Origin: Pseudomonadota bacterium
Lineage (GTDB): Bacteria; Pseudomonadota; Alphaproteobacteria; Caulobacterales; Parvularculaceae
NCBI GenBank assembly: GCA_049324555.1
Contig: JBMOOR010000157.1
Coordinates: forward strand, 23,563-87,562
Direction of reading: 5' to 3'
Length of the DNA: 64,000 nucleotides
Position 1 is the stretch's first letter. Each line of letters opens with the position of its first letter. The notes beneath the pieces are model-generated. The model was not told the DNA's origin. It saw only the letters and a list, made by a program, of their open reading frames with translations, and did not search any database. Shown here piece after piece: positions 26,966-36,623 of this stretch. A program made the position numbers and the translations under genes.

Positions 26966-27943
26966 GTGAAACGGCTCATATCACTCGCCGCGTTGTTGAT
27001 AGCGGCTTCAGCCACCGTCCTGGGCGGCAGCGCAAACGCACACGAAGCGAAACTCCCAGCGCCTGTAATCTCCGAGGAGCTAACCATCGCTCGAAGATCG
27101 GTCGATGTTCTCGGCAGCACGATGTCTTATCTTGAGGACGGTCGGGGAAAGCCGGTTCTCTTCATTCACGGCAATCCAACCTCGGCTTATCTCTGGCGCA
27201 ACGTCATCCCTTACATCTCAGACACGAACCGCGCCATTGCGGTCGACCTGATCGGTATGGGTCATTCAGGCAAGCCAGACATCGAGTATAGTTACGCCGA
27301 CCAGTACGCTTATCTCGAGGCGTTTATCGAAGCGCTCGACCTGCGCGACATCACGCTCGTCGTGCACGACTGGGGCGCGACGCTCGGTTGGGACTACGCG
27401 CGCCAGAATCCAGATCGCGTGATCCGGATCGCCTTCATGGAAGGCGTTCTCCCACCTGCTTTTCCGATCACGGACATTTCCGCGATGGGTGAAACGGGCC
27501 AGGCGCTCGCGGCTATGCGCACGCCTGGGCAAGGCGAGCAAATGGTCCTCGAAGGAAACATGTTCGTCGAGCAGATGCTGCCAGGCTTCGTCAACCGGCC
27601 GCTCGGGGCGCAAGCTATGACGGAATATCGCGCGCCGTTCCTGAACTCAAGAAACCGCCGGCCAACATTGCAGTGGCCGCGCGAACTTCCCATCGAAGGC
27701 CAGCCCGCCGATACGACCGCAACTATGGAGGAAATCGGCCATTTCATGCAGAGCACGACGATGCCGACCCTCTTTCTCTACGCCGACCCCGGCGTCGTTG
27801 GCCCGCCCCAACTTGCTGAGTGGTATACGGCGCATCTGCGCCGCGCAGAGACCGCCTACGTTGGTCAGGGATTTCACTTTATCCAGGAAGATCAGCCAGA
27901 CGCTATTGGCCGCGCGATCAGTGATTGGCTCAGGCGGAACTGA
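26966..27943 (+). CDS. dhaA: Haloalkane dehalogenase (DhaA/LinB-type) with N-terminal signal peptide
   Basis: HGNPTS, DLIGMGHS, HDWG nucleophile, FMEG acid, GFHFIQED base; leader MKRLISLAALLIAASATVLGGSANA. Confidence 0.85.
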   Translation: MKRLISLAALLIAASATVLGGSANAHEAKLPAPVISEELTIARRSVDVLGSTMSYLEDGRGKPVLFIHGNPTSAYLWRNVIPYISDTNRAIAVDLIGMGHSGKPDIEYSYADQYAYLEAFIEALDLRDITLVVHDWGATLGWDYARQNPDRVIRIAFMEGVLPPAFPITDISAMGETGQALAAMRTPGQGEQMVLEGNMFVEQMLPGFVNRPLGAQAMTEYRAPFLNSRNRRPTLQWPRELPIEGQPADTTATMEEIGHFMQSTTMPTLFLYADPGVVGPPQLAEWYTAHLRRAETAYVGQGFHFIQEDQPDAIGRAISDWLRRN

Positions 27944-28125
27944 GGAGGCCATCGCCGGTCCGGCATCATGGCGGTGTTTCCCCCTGCAGCGTCCTTAAGG
28001 CGCGCTGGACAGTATAGTTGCCTCTTCTGTCCACGCGTCGATCGACGAACGCATGGCGGATTGGTTCGTCGCGCCAATTCGCCACCAGGTCGGGTGACAG
28101 CGGGCACAGCGACGAGATGAGACCA

Positions 28126-29088
28126 ATGCGGCGCCGAAGCCTCAAGAAAGATCGTCTGGGTCAATCCGTTCCCCCGCTGTCGGATGGACGGATTCCGATG
28201 GCATCCCTCATACAGGCTCTCGCTGTTGCCGAGTATCTGAATTTTCGTCACGCGGCGAATGCGCTCGGTGTCAGCCAGTCAAGCGTCAGCATGCGTATCA
28301 AAATGCTGGAGGAAGACCTTGGCGTGCTGCTATTCGAGCGCCGGTCTCGCGGCGTGCGGCTAACTGAGGCGGGCCGCCATTTCGTCGAGCAGGTCTCCAT
28401 TGGCATCGACCAACTCGACCACGCGGTGAAGACAGCGGGGATGCTCGCGCGCGGCGAACAGGGAGTCCTGCGGATCGGCCTGCATGCTTTCGTCTCTTCG
28501 GGCTTTGTCGCCGATCTGTTGAGCCGCTTTCGGGAGGCACATCCCGGCGTCGATGTCGAGATCGCTGAAGGAAGCCCACGCGAGATGTTGATGCAGGTGC
28601 GCGAGGCCCGGCTGGACGTGGCCTTCGTGGCGGATTCTTACTCCGTCGCCGACTGCCATTCGCGCCCCCTTTGGACTGAGGGGCTTATGGCTGCCATCCC
28701 GGCAAACCATCCGCTTGCTAGCAGCCAAGACGTGACTTGGCGTGGTCTCGCAGCGGATACCTTTTTGGTTCGCTACGGAAGCGACGGCGCCCTGCTTCAC
28801 GATCGCATCCGCTTACGACTGACGGAACGGGGGCCTTCTCCTACAATCCTGCGCGTCAACGTGGATCGGCTGACACTGATGTCGATGGTCGGACAAGGCT
28901 ATGGAGTGACGATCGCCAGCGAGGCGACCGCGAAAATATCCGTTCCCGGCGTCGTATTCCTGCCTATCCTCGACGAGCCGGAGCCAATCGTCTTCTCCGC
29001 CGTCTGGTCTCCCGGCAATCACAGCCCAGCGCTCCGCGCTTTCCTCGATCTGGCCCAAAAAGCCGCCCGCTCACCTTCGGCGGCCTGA
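28126..29088 (+). CDS. LysR family regulator, copy 2
   Basis: Paralog of 21776 (IPMASLIQALAVAEYLNFRHAANALGV); start chosen by analogy. Confidence 0.88.
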   Translation: MRRRSLKKDRLGQSVPPLSDGRIPMASLIQALAVAEYLNFRHAANALGVSQSSVSMRIKMLEEDLGVLLFERRSRGVRLTEAGRHFVEQVSIGIDQLDHAVKTAGMLARGEQGVLRIGLHAFVSSGFVADLLSRFREAHPGVDVEIAEGSPREMLMQVREARLDVAFVADSYSVADCHSRPLWTEGLMAAIPANHPLASSQDVTWRGLAADTFLVRYGSDGALLHDRIRLRLTERGPSPTILRVNVDRLTLMSMVGQGYGVTIASEATAKISVPGVVFLPILDEPEPIVFSAVWSPGNHSPALRAFLDLAQKAARSPSAA

Positions 29089-29292
29089 CCGCGCCACCAA
29101 TTCCGCGGGCTCGACTCCCAGCGCATCTGCGATCTGCCCCAATACTGTAACGCTCGCCGACACATCACCGCGCTCGACTGCGCCAAGATAACGGGCGCTT
29201 AGGCCGGCGCGTTCTGCCAGCTCCTCCTGCGTCAGCTTTTGATCGTGGCGTTTCCGACGCAGATTCTTCGCCAAGACCTCCTTGAGATCCAT
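29071..29292 (-). CDS. qseC: QseC-like XRE/C-protein HTH regulator
   Basis: MDLKEVLAKNLRRKR...LTQEELAERAGLSARYLGAVERG; divergent from the qseM-like gene. Confidence 0.8.
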   Translation of the reverse strand: MDLKEVLAKNLRRKRHDQKLTQEELAERAGLSARYLGAVERGDVSASVTVLGQIADALGVEPAELVARSGRRR

Positions 29293-29313
29293 GGCGGAAT
29301 GGGAGCCCATGCA

Positions 29314-29342
29314 GGAAGGATCGTTCCAGGAACGATCCTTCC
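29314..29342. promoter_or_regulatory. Paired operator for QseC-like protein
   Basis: Perfect 14-bp IR GGAAGGATCGTTCC-A-GGAACGATCCTTCC; each half is itself a near-palindrome of GGAACGATCGTTCC. Confidence 0.75.
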
Positions 29343-29490
29343 GATTCGTGCAAGTCCATGATATTCATGACCGTCTACCTCGCCTTTTGAACCTTTCGTG
29401 GGGCGAAATACTGTCGGAATCTGCGCAGTCGATCACGAGTGAAGGTCTCGCGAGTCGCTGATAGCGTCGGCCCGACAAGGAGGGCGTTGC

Positions 29491-29793
29491 ATGAGTGTCA
29501 GGACTGAGCTTGATCCCGACGTCGACGACGATGCTCCGAACGATCCAGACATCACCCTGTATGACGAGGCGCATTTCGTAACCTATCTGCGCCTGCTCGA
29601 TGCCGAAGCCGAAGGCGCTCGTTGGACGGAGGTGGCGCGGATCGTCCTGCATCGCGATCCGATTGCCGACGAGGCACGAACTCGCCGATGCTGGGAGAGT
29701 CATTTGGCGCGCGCTCAATGGATGACGAAGCAAGGCTATCGCCGGATTCTTGAACAGGCCGTCGAGGACGCGCGTAACACTCGTCACAATTGA
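29491..29793 (+). CDS. qseM: QseM-like stand-alone DUF2285 antiactivator
   Basis: ITLYDEAHFVTYLRLLDAEAEGARWTEVARIVL..DP...HLARAQWMT..GYR; RBS AAGGAGG. Confidence 0.85.
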   Translation: MSVRTELDPDVDDDAPNDPDITLYDEAHFVTYLRLLDAEAEGARWTEVARIVLHRDPIADEARTRRCWESHLARAQWMTKQGYRRILEQAVEDARNTRHN

Positions 29794-29919
29794 CTCAAAC
29801 AGCCCGTCCGATTTCTTCGCCATGGTATCCGGCAGTACCCGGGCCGCGCTTTTCTGTTGAGTCTCGCTGCAACCGCTATTCTCTGATCGGCTCCGTCTCT
29901 TTTGCCGATTGGAGCCATC

Positions 29920-31914
29920 ATGTCGGGAACCCGCGTCCTATGGGGTCAGATCACCGTCATCTTCACCATCATTCTGGTGATGACCTGGGCGGCGACTCAA
30001 TGGACGGCATGGCGGCTCGGCATCCAGCCGCAGCTCGGAACGCCCTGGTTCGATCTGGCTGGCTGGCCGGTCTATTATCCGCCGGCCTTCTTCTGGTGGT
30101 GGTTCTCTTTCGATGCCTACGCGCCCGGCATCTTCATCGAAGGCGCGGCCATCGCCGCGTCGGGCGGTTTGCTCGCGATCGCTGTCGCGATCCTCATGTC
30201 GATCATCCGCGCGCGAGAGGCGCGCAACATTGAGACGTATGGCTCCGCGCGTTGGGCCGAGGGTAGAGAAGTCCGCGCCGCCGGGCTGCTTGGTCCCGAT
30301 GGCGTCGTGCTCGGCAAGCATGACCACGACTATCTTCGCCACGACGGCCCAGAGCATGTTCTGTGCTTCGCCCCTACAAGGAGCGGCAAAGGCGTGGGCC
30401 TTGTGGTGCCGACGCTGCTCACCTGGCCGGGAAGCTGCATCGTTCACGACATCAAGGGCGAGAACTGGACCCTGACGGCCGGCTTTCGAGCATGCCACGG
30501 TCGCGTGCTGCTGTTCGATCCGACCAACGCGCGCTCATCCGCATACAATCCGTTGCTGGAAGTTCGGCAGGGCGAATGGGAGGTTCGTGACGTTCAGAAC
30601 ATCGCCGACATCCTTGTCGACCCTGAAGGAAGCCTCGACAAACGGAACCATTGGGAAAAGACCAGCCACAGCCTGCTTGTCGGCGCCATCCTGCACGTCC
30701 TCTACGCCGAGCCTGACAAGACGCTGGCTGGCGTCGCCAACTTTCTCTCCGATCCGCGCCGCCCGGTCGAAGCCACGCTGCGCGCCATGATGTCGGCGCC
30801 GCATCTCGGCAAAGCTGGCGTGCATCCCGTCGTCGCCTCGGCCGCGCGCGAGTTGCTGAACAAATCAGAGAACGAGCGGTCCGGCGTGCTTTCCACCGCC
30901 ATGAGCTTTCTTGGTCTCTATCGCGACCCGGTCGTGGCGAAAGTGACGGCGCGCTGCGACTGGCGCATTGCCGATCTTGTAGGAAACCGGCGGCCCACCA
31001 GCCTCTATCTCGTGGTGCCGCCGTCGGACATCAACCGCACCAAGCCACTGATCCGGCTGATCCTCAACCAGATCGGCCGGCGATTGACCGAAGAATTGAA
31101 GGCATCAGGTAAGCGTCATCGCCTGTTGCTGATGCTCGACGAGTTTCCCGCGCTGGGCCGGCTCGATTTCTTCGAGAGCGCGTTGGCGTTCATGGCCGGC
31201 TACGGGCTGAAGTCGTTTTTGATCGCACAGAGCCTCAACCAGATCGAACGTGCCTACGGCCCGAACAATTCGATCCTCGACAACTGCCATGTGCGCGTCG
31301 CGTTCGCCACCAACGACGAGCGCACCGCCAAGCGCGTGTCGGATTCTTTGGGCACGGCGACGGAGCTGCGCGACTCCACCAACTATGCAGGGCACAGGCT
31401 GGCGCCATGGCTCGGCCATCTCATGGTGTCGCGACAGGAGACGGCGCGACCGCTGCTGACGCCGGGAGAAATCATGCAACTCCCGCCAACCGACGAGATC
31501 GTCATGGTATCGGGTGCGCCACCTATCCGAGCGAAGAAGGCGCGTTACTTCGAGGATCGCCGGTTCAAGGAACGTATCCTGCCGCCGCCTGATCTGGCCG
31601 TTCCGCGATCCAGCCCTGCCGTCGCATCGGCGGATGACTGGTCGAGCCGCGAACTTGCCTTTTCTTCCGAAACGGCGACGACCGCCGGACATGGCGAAGG
31701 AGATGGCGATCCGGTCAACGCGGGTATCCGTCGCGAACCGGAATTGCCCGAGCACGAAGAGATCGTCCCGCCATCGCGCCCTCCCGAACAGGAGTTTGAC
31801 GTGCTGGAGGACGAGCCGGATGTGGACGCCGCCAAAGCGCGCGCATTACGCCAGCGCATGCGCCTAGTCGCCCGGCAGGCATCGATGAATCCCGCCGACG
31901 GCATCGAGCTATAG
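29920..31914 (+). CDS. traG: TraG/VirD4 coupling protein
   Basis: YGSARWA, APTRSGKG, LLMLDEFPALG. Confidence 0.95.
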   Translation: MSGTRVLWGQITVIFTIILVMTWAATQWTAWRLGIQPQLGTPWFDLAGWPVYYPPAFFWWWFSFDAYAPGIFIEGAAIAASGGLLAIAVAILMSIIRAREARNIETYGSARWAEGREVRAAGLLGPDGVVLGKHDHDYLRHDGPEHVLCFAPTRSGKGVGLVVPTLLTWPGSCIVHDIKGENWTLTAGFRACHGRVLLFDPTNARSSAYNPLLEVRQGEWEVRDVQNIADILVDPEGSLDKRNHWEKTSHSLLVGAILHVLYAEPDKTLAGVANFLSDPRRPVEATLRAMMSAPHLGKAGVHPVVASAARELLNKSENERSGVLSTAMSFLGLYRDPVVAKVTARCDWRIADLVGNRRPTSLYLVVPPSDINRTKPLIRLILNQIGRRLTEELKASGKRHRLLLMLDEFPALGRLDFFESALAFMAGYGLKSFLIAQSLNQIERAYGPNNSILDNCHVRVAFATNDERTAKRVSDSLGTATELRDSTNYAGHRLAPWLGHLMVSRQETARPLLTPGEIMQLPPTDEIVMVSGAPPIRAKKARYFEDRRFKERILPPPDLAVPRSSPAVASADDWSSRELAFSSETATTAGHGEGDGDPVNAGIRREPELPEHEEIVPPSRPPEQEFDVLEDEPDVDAAKARALRQRMRLVARQASMNPADGIEL

Positions 31915-31923
31915 GGCGGCGCG

Positions 31924-32385
31924 ATGCAGACCAAAACGCGCATGAACGTCTATTTCGATCCAGCGCTCTTGAAAAAGGTCGACGCGCTGGCGACGCGGCG
32001 CAATATCTCAAAGTCCGCCGTTGTGGAGGCCGCCGTAGCGTCATTCCTCTCGGCCGACGCTTCCGAGCGGATGGAGGCGGCGCTGTCCCGACGCATGGAC
32101 AAACTCAGCCGTCAGATCGACGGGCTCGACGAAGATCTCGCCATCCTGGGCGAAACCGTCTCGCTGTTCGTCCGCTTCTGGCTCACCGTCACGCCGCCAC
32201 TCACCGAAGCCGCACAAGCCTCGGCGCGCGCGAAAGGCGCCGAACGCTTCGAGGGCTTCTTGCAAACGCTCGGCCGAAGGCTGGCGACAGGCGATCGTTT
32301 CCTGAAAGAACTATCGCGCGACGTCGACTCGCTGCGCGATGACGCTGGCGGCGATGCGCTCAAGACCAACGGCCATCTGACCTGA
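31924..32385 (+). CDS. CopG/RHH-family protein between traG and trbB
   Basis: RMNVYFDPALL...SKSAVVEAAVASFLS. Confidence 0.8.
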   Translation: MQTKTRMNVYFDPALLKKVDALATRRNISKSAVVEAAVASFLSADASERMEAALSRRMDKLSRQIDGLDEDLAILGETVSLFVRFWLTVTPPLTEAAQASARAKGAERFEGFLQTLGRRLATGDRFLKELSRDVDSLRDDAGGDALKTNGHLT

Positions 32386-32530
32386 GTATTCAACCCATCC
32401 TATTTGCTACCCGTTTCCCGCCGATGGCCGCAAGCACTTAGATACTTGTTGAAGCGGTCGAATTTCCGGCTCTTTTAATCATCCCCATCCGGGGACCGCA
32501 TGCCGCGTCCCCAAGAAAAACGGGGACGAT

Positions 32531-33514
32531 ATGTCGGCTTCTCACCAGAGATCAGAGGCGATCCAGCGCGGCGCGCGCATGCTGCGCACTGCGCTCGGTC
32601 CCGCCATCGCGCAGTTTCTGGAAGACCCCGCAACCGTCGAAGTGATGCTCAACCCGGATGGTCGGCTATGGATCGACCGTCTTTCGGAAGGATTGTCCGA
32701 TACAGGCGAGCGCCTGTCCGCTGCCGACGGCGAACGCATCATTCGCCTGGTCGCGCATCATGTTGGCGCCGAAGTGCATGCCGGCAGTCCGCGCGTCTCG
32801 GCCGAATTGCCCGAAACGGGCGAGCGCTTTGAAGGTCTCTTGCCGCCGGTGGTGACGGCGCCCGCGTTCGCCATCCGCAAGCCCGCCGTCGCCGTCTTCT
32901 CCCTCGACGATTACGTGGCCGCCGGCATCATGTCAGCGGACGAAGCGGTGTCGCTACGCACTGCCGTCGCAGAACGCCGCAACATCCTTGTCGCCGGCGG
33001 CACGTCGACGGGCAAGACGACGCTTACCAACGCACTTCTCGCCGAGATCGCCAAGACTACCGATCGTATCGTCATCATCGAGGATACGCGCGAGTTGCAA
33101 TGCCGCGCGGAAAACCTCGTCGCGATGCGGACGAAGGATGGCGTCGCGACGCTTTCCGATCTGGTCCGATCATCACTCCGCTTGCGGCCCGACCGCATTC
33201 CCATCGGCGAAGTGCGCGGCGCGGAAGCGCTCGACTTGCTCAAGGCGTGGGGGACGGGACACCCCGGCGGCGTCGGCACCGTCCATGCCGGAACGGCCAT
33301 CGGCGCACTGCGCCGCCTTGAACAGCTCATCCAGGAAGCCGTCGTCACCGTCCCGCGCGCGCTGATCGCCGAGACCATCGACCTCATCGCCGTGCTCGCC
33401 GGCCGCGGCGCGTCGCGCCGGCTCGCCGAACTCGCGCGCGTCGAGGGCCTGCATGCCGACGGCGACTACCGGCTCACCTGCCTCTCACCCCCCGAACAAG
33501 GAGATCAATCATGA
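32531..33514 (+). CDS. trbB: P-type conjugative ATPase TrbB
   Basis: [31 protein letters not shown]. Confidence 0.95.
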   Translation: MSASHQRSEAIQRGARMLRTALGPAIAQFLEDPATVEVMLNPDGRLWIDRLSEGLSDTGERLSAADGERIIRLVAHHVGAEVHAGSPRVSAELPETGERFEGLLPPVVTAPAFAIRKPAVAVFSLDDYVAAGIMSADEAVSLRTAVAERRNILVAGGTSTGKTTLTNALLAEIAKTTDRIVIIEDTRELQCRAENLVAMRTKDGVATLSDLVRSSLRLRPDRIPIGEVRGAEALDLLKAWGTGHPGGVGTVHAGTAIGALRRLEQLIQEAVVTVPRALIAETIDLIAVLAGRGASRRLAELARVEGLHADGDYRLTCLSPPEQGDQS

Positions 33515-33855
33515 CACTGAAAAACAAACTGCTGTCTGGCAGCATGTTCGACAAGCTGGGTGCGGCCGGCATTACTGCGGCTGGGCTGATCGTCATGGCG
33601 TCGCCCGCCTATGCGGCCGGCTCGGCCATGCCGTGGGAAGCGCCGCTTCAGTCGATCCTCGAATCGATCGAAGGCCCGGTCGCCAAGATCGTGGCCGTCA
33701 TCATCATCATCGTCACTGGCCTGACGCTCGCCTTCGGCGACACCAGCGGCGGCTTTCGGAGATTGGTCCAGATCGTTTTCGGTCTGTCGATCGCGTTCGC
33801 GGCCAGCTCTTTCTTCCTGTCGTTCTTCTCGTTCGGCGGCGGGGCGCTCATTTGA
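33511..33855 (+). CDS. trbC: Pilin TrbC/VirB2
   Basis: GSAMPWEAPLQSILESIEGPVAK. Confidence 0.92.
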   Translation: MTLKNKLLSGSMFDKLGAAGITAAGLIVMASPAYAAGSAMPWEAPLQSILESIEGPVAKIVAVIIIIVTGLTLAFGDTSGGFRRLVQIVFGLSIAFAASSFFLSFFSFGGGALI

Positions 33856-34136
33856 TGGCGGGCCTTCTGCAACAGGCCGAGGACGCGCCGGGCTTCGTCG
33901 TCCCGGTCCATCGGGCGCTGACCGAACACATCCTGCTTGGCGGCGCTCCGCGCGCCATCGCGATCATGAACGGCACGCTGGCGGGCGCCGTGGGCCTCGG
34001 CCTGCGGCTCTGGCTCGTTGGTCTCGCGATCTGGGCGATCGGCCATTTCGCGGCGGTGTGGGCCGCGAAGCGCGATCCGCTCTTCGTGGAAGTCGGTCGC
34101 CGACACCTGCGCATCCCCAGTCATCTAGCGGTCTGA
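33855..34136 (+). CDS. trbD: TrbD/VirB3
   Basis: PVHRALTEHILLGGAPR...AAKRDPLF. Confidence 0.9.
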   Translation: MAGLLQQAEDAPGFVVPVHRALTEHILLGGAPRAIAIMNGTLAGAVGLGLRLWLVGLAIWAIGHFAAVWAAKRDPLFVEVGRRHLRIPSHLAV

Positions 34137-34148
34137 GGGGAGCGCGAC

Positions 34149-36623
34149 ATGCTGAACCTCGCCGAATATCGCAATCGCAACACAAGGCTTGCGGACTTTC
34201 TGCCCTGGGCTGCGCTCGCCGCCGAAGGCGTGGTGCTCAACAAGGATGGCAGCTTCCAGCGCACCGCGCGTTTTCGCGGTCCTGATCTCGACAGCGCTGT
34301 GGCGGCCGAACTTGTGGCCGTCTCCAGCCGTCTCAACAACGCTTTCCGTCGTCTCGGCTCGGGCTGGGCTATCTTCGTCGAAGCGCAGCGCCATGAAGCG
34401 GCAACATATCCGGCGAGCCGTTTTGGCGACGCCGCGTCCGCGCTGGTCGATGCCGAGCGCAAAGCGGACTTCGAGGAAGCCGGCGCGCACTACGAGTCCA
34501 GCTACTTCCTGACGTTCCTCTATCTGCCTCCGGCTGAGGACGCCGCGCGCGCCGAGAGTTGGCTCTATGAGGGCCGCGAGCATGGCGGCGTCGATCCGCA
34601 CGAGATTCTTTCAGCCTTCGTCGATCGTACCGACCGCGTGCTCCAACTCGTTGAAGGCTTCATGCCGGAATGCCGCTGGCTTGATGACAGCGAGACGCTG
34701 ACCTTCCTGCATTCGACCGTCTCGACGAAGCGCCATCGCGTGCGCGTGCCCGAGACGCCGATCTATCTCGACGCGCTGCTTGCCGATCAGCCGCTCACCG
34801 GCGGGTTGGAGCCGCGTCTTGGCGACGAGCATCTGCGCATCCTCACCATCGTCGGTTTCCCGACCGCGACCACGCCCGGAATCCTCGACGAGTTGAACCG
34901 CCTGGCGTTCCCGTATCGCTGGAGCACGCGGGCGATCTTGCTCGACAAGACGGACGCGACAAAGCTCCTGACGAAGATCAGGCGACAATGGTTCGCCAAG
35001 CGCAAATCCATCGCTGCGATCTTGAAAGAGGTGATGACCAACGAGCAATCGGTGTTGGTCGACACCGACGCTGCGAACAAGGCCGCCGATGCGGACCTGG
35101 CCCTTCAAGAACTCGGCGCCGACTATGCCGGGCAAGCCTATGTGACCGCGAGCGTCACCGTTTGGGACGCCGATCCACGCACCGCCGACGAGAAGCTGCG
35201 GCTGGTGGAGAAGGTCATCCAGGGCCGCGACTTCACCTGCATGGCGGAAAGCATCAACGCCGCCGACGCCTGGCTCGGCGGCTTGCCCGGCCATGCCTAT
35301 GCGAACGTCAGACAGCCACCCATCAGCACACTGAATCTCGCCCACATGATCCCCTTGAGCGCCGTGTGGGCGGGGCCGGAACGGGACGAACACTTCGGCG
35401 CACCCCCGCTGCTCTACGGCAGGACCGAAGGCTCGACCCCGTTCCGGTTTTCTCTTCACGTCGGCGATGTCGGGCACACGCTCGTCGTCGGGCCAACGGG
35501 CAGTGGCAAGTCGGTGCTGCTCGCCTGCATGGCCTTGCAATTCCGACGCTACGCGCAATCGCAAGTGTTCGCCTTCGACTTCGGCGGCTCAATCCGCGCC
35601 GCCGCGCTCGCTATGGGTGGCGACTGGCATGACCTCGGCGGCGGACTGACCGAGGGGGCGGAAACATCCGTTTCGCTTCAGCCGCTCGCCCGCATCCATG
35701 AGACGCATGAGCGCGCTTGGGCGGCCGACTGGATCGTCGCCATCCTCATGCGCGAAGGCGTCGCGATCACGCCGGAGGTGAAAGAGCATCTTTGGACCGC
35801 GCTGACTTCGCTCGCGTCGGCGCCGGCGGAAGAGCGCACCATCACCGGCCTTGCGGTGCTGTTGCAGTCGAACGATCTCAAGCAAGCGCTGCGGCCTTAT
35901 TGCGTTGGCGGTCCCTATGGTCGGCTGCTCGACGCCGAATCCGAACATCTAGGGCACGCCACCGTGCAAACCTTCGAAACCGAAGGGTTGATCGGCTCCG
36001 GCGCGGCGCCGGCCGTGCTCGCCTATCTCTTCCATCGCATTGGCGACCGGCTCGACGGCCGGCCGACGTTGCTGATCGTGGACGAAGGCTGGCTCGCGCT
36101 CGACGACGAAGGCTTTTCCGGCCAGCTCCGCGAATGGCTGAAGACGCTGCGCAAAAAGAACGCTTCCGTCATTTTCGCCACGCAATCGCTTTCCGACATC
36201 GACGGCAGTTCGATCGCGCCTGCGATCATCGAAAGCTGCCCGACGCGGCTGCTACTTCCGAACGAACGCGCCATCGAGCCGCAGATCACCGCGATCTACC
36301 GGCGCTTCGGTCTCAACGACCGTCAGATCGAAATCCTCGCGCGCGCCACGCCCAAACGTGACTACTACTGCCAATCGCGGCGCGGCAATCGCCTGTTCGA
36401 TCTGGGCCTGTCTGAAGTCGCGCTGGCGCTCTGCGCGGTGTCGTCGAAAGCCGATCAAACCGCCATCTACACCATCTTCGCCGAGCACGGCCGCGACGGT
36501 TTCCTGACGGCCTGGCTGCGCGCCCGCGATGTCGGCTGGGCCGCCGACCTTATTCCCGACCTCACCAATCTCGCTGCGCCCACAGCAGCGCTCAACCAAC
36601 CCACCAAGGAGGTTTCGTCATGA
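34149..36623 (+). CDS. trbE: TrbE/VirB4 ATPase
   Basis: LADFLPWA, VGPTGSGKS, LIVDEGW. Confidence 0.95.
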   Translation: MLNLAEYRNRNTRLADFLPWAALAAEGVVLNKDGSFQRTARFRGPDLDSAVAAELVAVSSRLNNAFRRLGSGWAIFVEAQRHEAATYPASRFGDAASALVDAERKADFEEAGAHYESSYFLTFLYLPPAEDAARAESWLYEGREHGGVDPHEILSAFVDRTDRVLQLVEGFMPECRWLDDSETLTFLHSTVSTKRHRVRVPETPIYLDALLADQPLTGGLEPRLGDEHLRILTIVGFPTATTPGILDELNRLAFPYRWSTRAILLDKTDATKLLTKIRRQWFAKRKSIAAILKEVMTNEQSVLVDTDAANKAADADLALQELGADYAGQAYVTASVTVWDADPRTADEKLRLVEKVIQGRDFTCMAESINAADAWLGGLPGHAYANVRQPPISTLNLAHMIPLSAVWAGPERDEHFGAPPLLYGRTEGSTPFRFSLHVGDVGHTLVVGPTGSGKSVLLACMALQFRRYAQSQVFAFDFGGSIRAAALAMGGDWHDLGGGLTEGAETSVSLQPLARIHETHERAWAADWIVAILMREGVAITPEVKEHLWTALTSLASAPAEERTITGLAVLLQSNDLKQALRPYCVGGPYGRLLDAESEHLGHATVQTFETEGLIGSGAAPAVLAYLFHRIGDRLDGRPTLLIVDEGWLALDDEGFSGQLREWLKTLRKKNASVIFATQSLSDIDGSSIAPAIIESCPTRLLLPNERAIEPQITAIYRRFGLNDRQIEILARATPKRDYYCQSRRGNRLFDLGLSEVALALCAVSSKADQTAIYTIFAEHGRDGFLTAWLRARDVGWAADLIPDLTNLAAPTAALNQPTKEVSS

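Noticed and set aside
26966-27943. Renilla-type luciferase interpretation of the HLD-fold protein
   Set aside because: Retains the HGNP halide-binding Asn and bacterial DhaA-like motifs; the context is detoxification
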